Under the pieces are notes generated by a model. It searched no databases, had not been told where the DNA came from, and saw only the letters and a program-made list of their open reading frames with translations. DNA of 29,427 nucleotides from a virus (taxonomy: Duplodnaviria; Caudoviricetes). Both the position numbers and the translations under genes were made by a program. This document shows positions 17,075 through 25,964 of the stretch, one piece after another (within the stretch, counting starts at the first letter, position 1; every line of letters starts with the position of its first letter). The stretch is taken from IMG/VR virus record IMGVR_UViG_3300016270_000022, positions 1 through 29,427 of that record; one strand, 5' to 3'.

Positions 17075-17908
17075 ATGAAAATTGAGAAAGTTTGTGGCGA
17101 ATGTAAAAGCACGTATTTTGTCAAGCCTAGTCAGGTTGGAAGATCTAAGTTTTGTTCTAGGGTATGCCTTAAAAAGCATGGAAGTATAGACAAAATATGT
17201 GCTTGCTGCGGGAATGTATTTAATGTCCCAAGGCGACGACATGAGCAACTTAAATTTTGTTCACCACAGTGCAGGGCTTCGGCCCAACATAAGACACTGA
17301 AATGTGAGTGGTGCAAAAAGCCATTCACTTGCGAGAATCATCGGAACAGATTGTTTTGTTCTCGTGAATGTTTTCATGCAGCGGATAAAGGCGCTAAACA
17401 CGCCGAAATGCCAGGGCATGAAAAACATTACAAGGATTGCGTGATATGTGGAAAAAATTTTCGAGTTACCAAAACGAGAAAAGATACTGCTAAATATTGC
17501 TCTAATTCTTGTAAATTAAAATGCCCTGATTTTAGATATAAAAAATCTGCATCTGTTAGGGCTGAAAAAAATCATCGTTGGACTGGCGGTTTGTATAAAA
17601 CCGGCACCGGCTATATCAGGGAAAAGAAGAAAATTCTTGGAACTGAAACATTCACATTCAACCATCGCACTGTTATGTTAAATGCGATGTTGAAAGAATG
17701 CCCGAATCATCCATTCCTTATTACAAATTTGGATGGAGAGATTAAGCTTAGTTCATCGATAGAGGTTCATCATATAGATAGAAATAGGTCTAATAATGAA
17801 ATCTCAAACCTTCTCGCAGTAACAAAATTAGCTCACGCTAAAATTCATCACCATAACCGCAAACCCGAACCATGGGAATGCTGGCCCAGTGATCCAACTA
17901 TTTGGTAA
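17075..17908 (+). CDS. HNH homing endonuclease with four N-terminal Zn-ribbon repeats
   Basis: Four CxxC...[FY]CSxxC units; EVHHIDRNRSNNEISNL...HAKIH; extended -10 TGaTATAAT at 17038-17046 and AGGAG SD. Confidence 0.85.
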   Translation: MKIEKVCGECKSTYFVKPSQVGRSKFCSRVCLKKHGSIDKICACCGNVFNVPRRRHEQLKFCSPQCRASAQHKTLKCEWCKKPFTCENHRNRLFCSRECFHAADKGAKHAEMPGHEKHYKDCVICGKNFRVTKTRKDTAKYCSNSCKLKCPDFRYKKSASVRAEKNHRWTGGLYKTGTGYIREKKKILGTETFTFNHRTVMLNAMLKECPNHPFLITNLDGEIKLSSSIEVHHIDRNRSNNEISNLLAVTKLAHAKIHHHNRKPEPWECWPSDPTIW

Positions 17909-17934
17909 TTGATTTCAATCGCAAAGGAATAGAA

Positions 17935-18450
17935 ATGATAGGAACCATCACTCAATGGCTGTCGCAAATGGCCGGGGAAACAAACCAGAAAGCGGTTCGC
18001 GTTCCCATGAAAGCCATCGGCGACCGAGAATCAACCACGGCCCTAACCTCGGCTGGTTTGCGTATTCATGGCGGCAGCGCTTCTGCAGTAGTGCAGGGCC
18101 ATACCGTCATGTACGCAATCTGCCAGGGTATTTTGGTAACGAAGCCAGCAGACACGGATATGGCGGCATTGGCGGGAACAGTCGTTAATGGCACCTTCAA
18201 CGTGTTCTGCCACTTCATCGACCAATCTGGCAATCTAACCACGCTAATGGGCATTGCCGGAGCAACTTTGGGGGCAGTAGTTTTCCCGCAATTCCCGGAG
18301 ACCAAGGCGATCCTCGGCTTCACCATCATAAATCCAACCGGAACGGGTAATTTCGTCGGCGGCACTACCGCGCTTGACGATGCAACCGTCGTTCCCAATG
18401 CCGTCTTCGTGAATACACCTAGCGGCTTTGATCCATCCATTCTGCTGTAA
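17935..18450 (+). CDS. Putative capsid decoration/virion protein, paralog A
   Basis: AAGGA SD before ATG 17935; downstream of MCP; G/T/A-rich. Confidence 0.55.
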   Translation: MIGTITQWLSQMAGETNQKAVRVPMKAIGDRESTTALTSAGLRIHGGSASAVVQGHTVMYAICQGILVTKPADTDMAALAGTVVNGTFNVFCHFIDQSGNLTTLMGIAGATLGAVVFPQFPETKAILGFTIINPTGTGNFVGGTTALDDATVVPNAVFVNTPSGFDPSILL

Positions 18451-18468
18451 TTTCAAAGGAAAACAATC

Positions 18469-18951
18469 ATGGACTTTCTTCAAGCAATCCCAATCACTCA
18501 ATGCATGAGCAAAGTTGCTCTTGCGGCGGGTACTACCACAACCATCAGCACAACTGGCACAACCGTCTTTGCTATTCGCGGCAAGGCATATAGCAAAACG
18601 GCGATCACCAACGGCGCTACCCCAACCACTGATGCCACTACTGGCTTGGCTTTCCCATCGCTGACCGCAAATAACGGTTGCGTGGTGGTTATCGGCCTGG
18701 ATTCCGCTGGCAATATCAAGGCATCCCAAGGCGGTATCATCGGCCTGGATGTCGCTGGTCTATTCATCAGCGCGCCCCAGTTCCCCATGGTGCCGGATAC
18801 CATGTGCCCGATTGGCTACATCGTCCTGAAAGCTGGCTCTACCTTGGCTAGCACATGGACCTTCGGCACAAACAACCTTTCGTCGGTAACAGGAATGTCA
18901 TACGCTTTTGTGGACGTAATAGGGTTTCCTGACAGGCCACAAGTAAGCTAG
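18469..18951 (+). CDS. Putative capsid decoration/virion protein, paralog B
   Basis: AAGGA SD; shares AI.G....K.A.T, D..GN and PQFP motifs with the preceding gene. Confidence 0.55.
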   Translation: MDFLQAIPITQCMSKVALAAGTTTTISTTGTTVFAIRGKAYSKTAITNGATPTTDATTGLAFPSLTANNGCVVVIGLDSAGNIKASQGGIIGLDVAGLFISAPQFPMVPDTMCPIGYIVLKAGSTLASTWTFGTNNLSSVTGMSYAFVDVIGFPDRPQVS

Positions 18952-18966
18952 GCTATAATTCAACTT

Positions 18967-19041
18967 GTGCGGCTAGGGTAGCTCCCGAATATATGTTTCC
19001 TGAACATATGCCGCACTTTTTATTCAGGATATCCTCAGGAG
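18967..19041 (+). promoter_or_regulatory. Structured 5' leader of the HNH gene with potential SD-sequestering pseudoknot
   Basis: GTGCGGC/GCCGCAC stem enclosing two hairpins; loop TCCTG complementary to CAGGA at the SD; TATAAT at 18954-18959. Confidence 0.55.
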
Positions 19042-19047
19042 ATATAA

Positions 19048-19587
19048 ATGAAGAAGTGCGTTATTTGTGAAATAGAAAAACCATTTACAGAATTTAATAG
19101 GCGATCCAAAACTAACAATACATTGCGCGGCGACTGCAAAGCATGTAGAAAAATAAAATGGCAACTATACCAAGAAAATAATAAAGATAAAATTAATGCT
19201 AGAAAGAATGAATATGTAAGAAACGTTTATAAGGAAAAACAAAAAGCCGCCGGTAAAGCATGGAAAGAAAAAAATAGAGCGAAATATAATGCAATAAATA
19301 AAAAATGGCGCGATAAAAATAAACCGTTAATCAATTATCATACTATGCTTAGAACGGCAAGCAAATTACAAGCCACGCCAAAATGGGCAAATAATTTTTA
19401 TATTTTAGAGGCATATAAGCTTTCAAAATTGAGAGGCAATATTACCGGGATTAAATGGCATGTAGATCATATAGTTCCATTGCGCAGCAAATTAGTTTGC
19501 GGCCTACACGTAGAACACAATCTGCAAGTAATACCAGCATCAGTAAATCAAAGGAAGTCTAATAAGTCATGGCCTGATATGCCATAG
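19048..19587 (+). CDS. HNH homing endonuclease
   Basis: N-terminal CxxC..K...EF...CKAC; WHVDHIVPL...VCGLHVEHNLQVIPASVN..KSN; AT-rich. Confidence 0.9.
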   Translation: MKKCVICEIEKPFTEFNRRSKTNNTLRGDCKACRKIKWQLYQENNKDKINARKNEYVRNVYKEKQKAAGKAWKEKNRAKYNAINKKWRDKNKPLINYHTMLRTASKLQATPKWANNFYILEAYKLSKLRGNITGIKWHVDHIVPLRSKLVCGLHVEHNLQVIPASVNQRKSNKSWPDMP

Positions 19588-19609
19588 CTTTATTGTAGTA
19601 TTCACAAAC

Positions 19610-19638
19610 AGCCGCCCTAAAAAGCGGCTTTTCTTTTT
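19610..19638 (+). terminator. Intrinsic terminator
   Basis: AGCCGC-CCTAAAAA-GCGGCT plus T-rich tract. Confidence 0.65.
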
Positions 19639-19650
19639 CTAGGAGTGAGA

Positions 19651-20193
19651 ATGTCAGACGCAAAAGATACCCCTGTTAAGCGCCAATACAATAGGCGAGA
19701 AACCCACACTGAGGATTTGCCTATCAGGCAGTATGGCGACGTAGATTTGGGCCTAGACGCTCAATTGGTACGTGGTGAGTCCATTCCTTTTGAGGGAGAT
19801 CCAGAAGCAGCAAAAGCATACTATGCTGAACTGGCTTTCATGGAAGAGCCGCTTACTATCCGCATTGAAGAAAATAGCGGCAATGCCGAATATCCAGAAA
19901 CTCATGTTCCTGTTTCTGTGCAAGGTAAAATGGCTGAAGTTTTCTATAACGGGAAATGGGTAGAAATTGGTTGGCTCCCCATCGGCCAAACATTGATCAC
20001 CAAGCGCAAATATGTGGAAGTTCTGGCGCGTTCTGTTTCCGTCACACTGCGCACCATCCATGACGATGCTACAGTTGAGCGCCCAAGAAATACTGAGCGT
20101 CGCAACAACAAAGTAAATTACCCGATGTCGATCCTCCAAGACGACAATCCACGTGGCCGCCAATGGCTGCAAAATATCCGCATGGGTCATTGA
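19651..20193 (+). CDS. Hypothetical phage morphogenesis protein
   Basis: AGGAG SD at 19641-19645 favours ATG 19651; between capsid and tail genes. Confidence 0.7.
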   Translation: MSDAKDTPVKRQYNRRETHTEDLPIRQYGDVDLGLDAQLVRGESIPFEGDPEAAKAYYAELAFMEEPLTIRIEENSGNAEYPETHVPVSVQGKMAEVFYNGKWVEIGWLPIGQTLITKRKYVEVLARSVSVTLRTIHDDATVERPRNTERRNNKVNYPMSILQDDNPRGRQWLQNIRMGH

Positions 20194-20194
20194 A

Positions 20195-21127
20195 ATGAAC
20201 TATTTGCAGTTGGTTAATCGCTTGATGGTCAATTGCGGAGTAAGCGGGGCCGCATTAACCACGACTGCAAATCAAACTGGTGAGCCTGGGCGCCTCTGCA
20301 ATTGGATTAACGAGGCGTGGGAAGACATCCAAACACAACGCCAGGATTGGCAATGGATGCGCAAGACAGCGACATTTACCACGGTTGCCAATCAGCCCAT
20401 CTATACGATTTCTCAGATTGGATTAACCGACTTTGGGCACTGGTCGCGTGACACATTCAGAAATTACGCAAATCCATTCGTTTCAATTTCCATAGGATCT
20501 CCAGCGGTTGCCAATTTGCAGGGACACTTGCTAAATATAGGCGACCAAGTGCAGTTCTTCACAAGTGGGTCATTGCCAACTGGTATCACTCAAGGCATCA
20601 CATATTACGTGGTTTCGATTCCCACGCCCGATACGTTCACTTTCTCATTGACTGCTGGCGGTTCTCCAGTGAATACCAGCGGCACGCAGTCGGGCAATCA
20701 GTCGATGACCTCCAATAATACAACCACATTCTCAGGAATGAGGTCAGAGATTTTCATGGAGTATATGGACTATGATGGCTGGAGAAATTCATACGAATAT
20801 GGCGCGTTGCGGACGATAAAAACTCGTCCTCTGAATATGACCATTACTCCAAACAAGAGCATTGGCCTTGGTCCATTCCCAGACAGTGGATATACCGTTC
20901 TTGGTGATTACTACAGCGTTCCTGTCGACCTGGTTGCTGATACAGATGTACCAGCCATGCCAGCAAAGTTTCACCTAGCAATAATCTATAAGGCTATGAT
21001 GGCTTACGGTGCATTTGAGGCCGCCTCCGAGGTTTATGATCGTGGCGAAAAAGAATACAACAGATGGATACGCCGCATTCATGCGGATCAAGAAATTGAA
21101 ATGACATCTTCGGGGCCGCTTGCATGA
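20195..21127 (+). CDS. Head-tail adaptor/tail tubular protein with inserted domain
   Basis: MNYLQLVNRL...WINEAWEDIQ....W.WMR; P.PD..Y; P.MP.KFHLAII pattern typical of adaptors. Confidence 0.7.
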   Translation: MNYLQLVNRLMVNCGVSGAALTTTANQTGEPGRLCNWINEAWEDIQTQRQDWQWMRKTATFTTVANQPIYTISQIGLTDFGHWSRDTFRNYANPFVSISIGSPAVANLQGHLLNIGDQVQFFTSGSLPTGITQGITYYVVSIPTPDTFTFSLTAGGSPVNTSGTQSGNQSMTSNNTTTFSGMRSEIFMEYMDYDGWRNSYEYGALRTIKTRPLNMTITPNKSIGLGPFPDSGYTVLGDYYSVPVDLVADTDVPAMPAKFHLAIIYKAMMAYGAFEAASEVYDRGEKEYNRWIRRIHADQEIEMTSSGPLA

Positions 21128-23430
21128 GCATGAAGATGCCGAAGGTTAAGCAGGAGTACTATCCACTGAAGGGTGGGCTTGACCTCATCACGCCAGCTAT
21201 AGAAATGGCGGCAGGAAGAGTGATTGATTCCCAGAACTACGAGCCGAATAATGGGGTCTACAGCCGCATTTACGGTTATGAGGTGTTTGACGGCCATGCA
21301 TCGCCATCATCTGCTTCCTATTGGTTGTTGGGGATTAATCAAACAGGATCCATCAATATAGGAGATACGGTAACAGGTGTAACAAGCGGAGCGACGGCTA
21401 AGGTTCTAAAAATTGTTGGATCAAATCTTGTTATTGGCCGCCTTACTGGTGCATTTGTTATAGGTGAAAATCTGACGGATAGCGGTACAGTTGGAACCAC
21501 GACTACAGTTGCACTTATAGGCGCCGCATTGTCTCCCAGTGATGATGCTGACTATAACCTTCTGGCAGCCAACGATCAGCGCCTGAATATATCCAAAGTT
21601 CCGGGAAGTGGTCCAATTCGCGGGGTTTGGATATACAAAGATAACGTATATGCGTTTCGCGATAATGTCGGGGGAACAGCTGGAAACATGTGGGTTGAGA
21701 CTCCAAGTGGATGGAGTCAAATAACTTTCGGCAGGGAACTGTTTTTTACTAGCGCGCCAGCTGTTTCTGCAACGGTCACCATTACTATAGCATCACCTGC
21801 CGTCGTAACTTATACAGCACATGGATTCACTGCCAATAGGCCAGTTCAGTTTTCTACAACTGGCACACTACCTACGGGGATCGTAGCGGGAACAACATAT
21901 TATGTTATTGCCGCAGGCCTTACAGCAAATACTTTTGAAATATCCGCTACCGTAGGCGGAACAGCTATCAATACTAGTGGCTCTCAATCCGGTACGCACA
22001 CATGCACTGCAGTTCCCAATGTGAATGTTGGTGATACTGTGACTGGTGCAAGTTCTGGCGCAACAGCTGTAGTAAAGAAGGTTCTTCTTAGAACTGGGAC
22101 ATGGACAAACGCAGGTGCTGGATCATTTGTGTTTTCCTCGGTTACTGGAGCATTCACAAATGGAGAAAACCTCAAGGTAACAGGCGCTGCGGTAGCGATC
22201 GCATCTTCTGCAGATTCTTCCATTACCCGTTTGCCTGGCGGTCAGATGGAGTTCGACAATATTAACTTCACAGGATCGACGGCAACGCAGTACATGTATG
22301 GCGTGGATGGTGTAAATACCGCATTTGAATATGACGGCACCACTTACACGCCAATCCATACTGGGATGGCTGCTGATACGCCATCGCATATCAAGGGCCA
22401 TAAGTTTTATCTGTTCCTATCATTCCTTGGGAGCGTGCAATTTAGCGCTTTGGGCAATCCATACGCTTGGACGGTAGTGCTGGGGGCAGGTGAGATAGCT
22501 GTTGGCGATACAGTTAGCGGATTTGCCCAGAATGGCGGCAACATCGCCAGCGGTTCAACGTTACAGATTCTAACCAGTGCAAAGCTTTTCACTTTGTACG
22601 GAACGTCAAGCGCAGATTTTAGGCTTGTAACATCCATTCCAGATATGGGGTTTTCTCCATTCACAGCACAGCTAGTTAGCAATGATGTATATGGATTCAC
22701 TGCTCGTGGTGTACAAGCAGTCATAACTACACTGACATTCGGTGATTTTGATTATGCATCAATCACCCATGAAATACAGCCACTTATCATGGCGAAGCGT
22801 GGAACGGAATGCGCCTCTACAGTAATTAAAAGCACGAATCAGTACCGAGTATTTTTTTCAGATGGAACGGCATTGGCAGTTGGCCTGACTGGTGAAAAAG
22901 TGGATGCGATTATGCCGTTGAATTACGGAATACCAGTTCGCTGCATCGTTACACAAACACTTTCCAGCGGAAAAGAAGTTACCTATTTTGGCTCTGATGA
23001 TGGCTTCATTTATCAAGACAATATAGGAACAAGCCAGAACGGTAATGCGATTGAAGCATGGTGCAGGATGCCTTTCAATCACAGCGAATCGCCTCAGATT
23101 TTGAAAACGTATCGCAGAGCTATCTTAGAGGGAAAAGTTACCTCCTATAGCCAGATCAATGTTTCCTATGATCTTGGATATGGATCGCCCGACATTCTGC
23201 CATCTGCTCCATCTGGTGATTTGGTTTTGAACGGAGCAGGCGGGTATTGGGATCAGTTCATATGGGACAACTTTGTGTGGGATGCGCAAATAATCGCTGC
23301 GCCAGTCATTAAATTAACTGGAACCGCAACAAATATTTCTATACTTTTTTACAGTAATAGAGCACAAGACAATCCTCATACTTTGCAGGGAATTACAATT
23401 ATCTATTCCCCACGGCGGCTTTCTAGGTAA
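21124..23430 (+). CDS. Tail nozzle/stabilisation protein (P22 gp10 or T7 gp12 functional equivalent) with inserted domains
   Basis: 768 aa beta-rich; GGL N-terminus; YFGSDDGFIY; position after the adaptor. Confidence 0.7.
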   Translation: MSMKMPKVKQEYYPLKGGLDLITPAIEMAAGRVIDSQNYEPNNGVYSRIYGYEVFDGHASPSSASYWLLGINQTGSINIGDTVTGVTSGATAKVLKIVGSNLVIGRLTGAFVIGENLTDSGTVGTTTTVALIGAALSPSDDADYNLLAANDQRLNISKVPGSGPIRGVWIYKDNVYAFRDNVGGTAGNMWVETPSGWSQITFGRELFFTSAPAVSATVTITIASPAVVTYTAHGFTANRPVQFSTTGTLPTGIVAGTTYYVIAAGLTANTFEISATVGGTAINTSGSQSGTHTCTAVPNVNVGDTVTGASSGATAVVKKVLLRTGTWTNAGAGSFVFSSVTGAFTNGENLKVTGAAVAIASSADSSITRLPGGQMEFDNINFTGSTATQYMYGVDGVNTAFEYDGTTYTPIHTGMAADTPSHIKGHKFYLFLSFLGSVQFSALGNPYAWTVVLGAGEIAVGDTVSGFAQNGGNIASGSTLQILTSAKLFTLYGTSSADFRLVTSIPDMGFSPFTAQLVSNDVYGFTARGVQAVITTLTFGDFDYASITHEIQPLIMAKRGTECASTVIKSTNQYRVFFSDGTALAVGLTGEKVDAIMPLNYGIPVRCIVTQTLSSGKEVTYFGSDDGFIYQDNIGTSQNGNAIEAWCRMPFNHSESPQILKTYRRAILEGKVTSYSQINVSYDLGYGSPDILPSAPSGDLVLNGAGGYWDQFIWDNFVWDAQIIAAPVIKLTGTATNISILFYSNRAQDNPHTLQGITIIYSPRRLSR

Positions 23431-23435
23431 GAGAA

Positions 23436-23500
23436 ATGATAACTTCCGGATATATAAAATTAAATTATCTGCGGCTCAAAAATTAAGCTTCCCAATAGAG
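23436..23500 (+). pseudogene. Scar of an internally deleted GIY-YIG endonuclease
   Basis: ATG ATA ACT TCC GG- ATA TAT AAA ATT = MITSG/IYKI with one base missing, joined to KLSAAQKL. Confidence 0.45.
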
Positions 23501-23507
23501 ATAAATA

Positions 23508-24725
23508 ATGACTAACCCTTTCTATAATCATACTGATGGAGTTCCAGCATCGCAAACACGCGGTGTTTCAGCATCTATACGCGCAGAATTTGATTTAATA
23601 GCGGCTGGATTTGCGGGAGTTGCTAATATTGGCGGCCTAAATTCTGGAATAGATACAGGAACGACAAATTCATATGTCGTGTCACCATCACCTGCTGCCG
23701 GACAATATACTCAGTTCATGCAGGTTTCGTTTATAGCTGCAAATACAAATACTGGCGCATCAACGATTAATATTAGTGGACTTGGTGCAAAGAATATTTT
23801 GCGAAGGGATGGATCATCTTTAATTGCTGGTGACATTCAAGCATCTGGTCTATATGTCGTTGTTTACGATGGGGTTGAATTTCAACTTCAAGCCAATCCA
23901 TTATCGGGAAGTGCATCTGGCCCAATAAATTTCAAATCCTCTTCTTCCATAGCATCGGCATCAACGATAAATTTGGATGCCATGACAGGAAATTATGGCC
24001 ATATAACTGGCACCACAACAATAACCGCAATTACTCTTGCTGCTGGTTCCATGAGGCAGGTTATTTTTGATGGCGTATTAACGCTTACAAATGGCACAAA
24101 CTTGGTGCTTCCTGCTGGAGCAAATATTGTAACTGCTATTGGTGACACCGCTACTTTTTATGGTGATGGATCTGGCAAAGTAATTTGTACCTCCTATCAA
24201 TCCGCAGGAGGGGCTGCATTGGTACCAATTGCTGCAAGTTCTTTTTCAAGTGTTTCGGTAATTAACTATTTAACGGCTTTTTCTTCTTCGTATGATAACT
24301 ATTTGATATTGTTAGAAAACTTCACTGGGGACGGGAGCGGATTTCTTCAAATGAATCTTGCTATAGGTGGGGCTGCTATCGGCGCTAGCAACTACAATTA
24401 CGCTATTACGGGCGTAGATTCTGCTGGAACAGTTACCGGATCTGGATCTACGAATGCCGCACAAATTCGACTCACTAGAAATGGTCCATCAGCATCACCA
24501 GGTACTTTAGGTGGAACAATTTCCATATTCAATGCCAATGCATCTAGTTCATCGAGAAATGTGAATTCGAATCTCTCTTACACAAATAGTCTATCTTATT
24601 ACTCTGATGTGTCTGGGGCTAATTTAACTAGCTCATCATCAGGTGTAATTACTGGATTTAGATTGCTTCTATCTACTGCTGGTAATATGAGTGGCACTAT
24701 AAAAATATTTGGATATCAAAAGTGA
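23508..24725 (+). CDS. Tail fibre protein
   Basis: N-terminal anchor (IRAEFDLIAAGF); NTGASTINISGLGAKNI and GDI motifs; S/T/G-rich C-terminus ending IKIFGY. Confidence 0.8.
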   Translation: MTNPFYNHTDGVPASQTRGVSASIRAEFDLIAAGFAGVANIGGLNSGIDTGTTNSYVVSPSPAAGQYTQFMQVSFIAANTNTGASTINISGLGAKNILRRDGSSLIAGDIQASGLYVVVYDGVEFQLQANPLSGSASGPINFKSSSSIASASTINLDAMTGNYGHITGTTTITAITLAAGSMRQVIFDGVLTLTNGTNLVLPAGANIVTAIGDTATFYGDGSGKVICTSYQSAGGAALVPIAASSFSSVSVINYLTAFSSSYDNYLILLENFTGDGSGFLQMNLAIGGAAIGASNYNYAITGVDSAGTVTGSGSTNAAQIRLTRNGPSASPGTLGGTISIFNANASSSSRNVNSNLSYTNSLSYYSDVSGANLTSSSSGVITGFRLLLSTAGNMSGTIKIFGYQK

Positions 24726-24732
24726 GCCGATT

Positions 24733-25053
24733 ATGACATATATAATTCTTGATAATGGCATAGAGCGTCCAGCGACAGAAGACGAAATAGCTGAACTAAA
24801 CTTCATAAAATCGATGCCAATATCTGTTCCGCAAATTATAACAATGAAGCAGGCTAGACTTGCGCTACTAGCTGCTGGAAAACTTGATGCGGCCAATACT
24901 GCATTTGCCTCAGCATCAACTCAAGCGCAGGTGATGTGGGACTATTCCAGCACAGTAGAGCGCAATAATCCTTTGGTTATTTCCATGGGAACCACGCTCG
25001 GTTTGAGTTCATCCGACATCGATAATCTTTTTATTCAAGCAGCTACTTTATAG
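24733..25053 (+). CDS. Tail fibre-associated protein (putative chaperone)
   Basis: RPATEDEI; ITMKQARLAL...WDYS...R..PLV...LGL....IDNLF; follows the fibre gene. Confidence 0.65.
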   Translation: MTYIILDNGIERPATEDEIAELNFIKSMPISVPQIITMKQARLALLAAGKLDAANTAFASASTQAQVMWDYSSTVERNNPLVISMGTTLGLSSSDIDNLFIQAATL

Positions 25054-25062
25054 GGGAATAGA

Positions 25063-25284
25063 ATGCACGAAGCACTCAAGCAGGCCGTTATAGAAGCTGC
25101 AAATAGCGAACCAGTTGCACGTAGTGTAGCTGGAGCATCAGCCGTTATAGGAGTTGCTTCCATCTTGGGGTATATTCAAACGATCTTATCCATTGCTGCT
25201 ACATTAGCAGCGTTTATTTTGTCTGCGATTTTGATAAAAATAAACTTGAAAAAGCTAAAAGATAAAATCGACGATCATGATTGA
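25063..25284 (+). CDS. Holin-like membrane protein
   Basis: Long hydrophobic stretch, charged C-terminus; start of lysis cassette. Confidence 0.6.
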   Translation: MHEALKQAVIEAANSEPVARSVAGASAVIGVASILGYIQTILSIAATLAAFILSAILIKINLKKLKDKIDDHD

Positions 25285-25516
25285 TAAGTTACGCAAATGG
25301 GTCAATGACATTTGTACTGAGCCTAATGATAAAACAATTTGTCCTATTCGCATTGTCGGAATTATAGGTACGTTGCAAGGGCTAGTAATGCAAGGATATG
25401 ACGTATTCATCCAGCATGCACATATTGACTTACAAGCATTTGGCATAGGACTTGGTGCTACATTAGCTGCACTTGGTGCAGCGTTGGGATTCAAGAAAGA
25501 TTCACCGAAAGAATAA
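25277..25516 (+). CDS. Second holin/antiholin-like membrane protein
   Basis: Two hydrophobic segments, basic tail; directly before the endolysin. Confidence 0.55.
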   Translation: MIDKLRKWVNDICTEPNDKTICPIRIVGIIGTLQGLVMQGYDVFIQHAHIDLQAFGIGLGATLAALGAALGFKKDSPKE

Positions 25517-25517
25517 G

Positions 25518-25964
25518 ATGGATATTGATTTATTGGTTACCGAACTGAGGCGCGATGAAGGGGTTAGATATAACCCATATCGTGATACAAAAAATATTTT
25601 AACAACTGGAGTCGGTCACAACATGGAGTCCGATCCATTATCAGTTGGTACTACCTTTCCATTATCTGATGATCAAGTGAATGCGCTGCTGGTTAGTGAC
25701 ATTCAAACAAAAGCAATTGATCCGCTTAATAACTACTTGCCATGGTGGACATTGCTGGATGAAGTTCGCCAAAGAATTTTGGCTAATCTTATGTTTAACA
25801 TGGGGCCTGGGACTTTACTTGAGTTTCATCACACGTTGGCAGCTATGGAATCTGGCGATTACGTGACAGCAGCCGCAGGAATGCGTAATTCTGCATGGGC
25901 AAAAGAAGTTGGCGCTCGTGCTGATAGACTTGCGACCGCTATGGAAACAGGAGTAATGCCGTGA
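25518..25964 (+). CDS. Endolysin, T4-lysozyme-like (GH24)
   Basis: LRRDEGVRYNPYRDT....TTGVGHN with E-x8-D-x5-T triad; LMFNMG; SAWAKEV..RA.RL. Confidence 0.9.
   Translation: MDIDLLVTELRRDEGVRYNPYRDTKNILTTGVGHNMESDPLSVGTTFPLSDDQVNALLVSDIQTKAIDPLNNYLPWWTLLDEVRQRILANLMFNMGPGTLLEFHHTLAAMESGDYVTAAAGMRNSAWAKEVGARADRLATAMETGVMP

Noticed and set aside
15155-19640. Group I introns housing the endonucleases
   Set aside because: Flanking genes have their own stops and starts, and intergenic space is too short for an intron core
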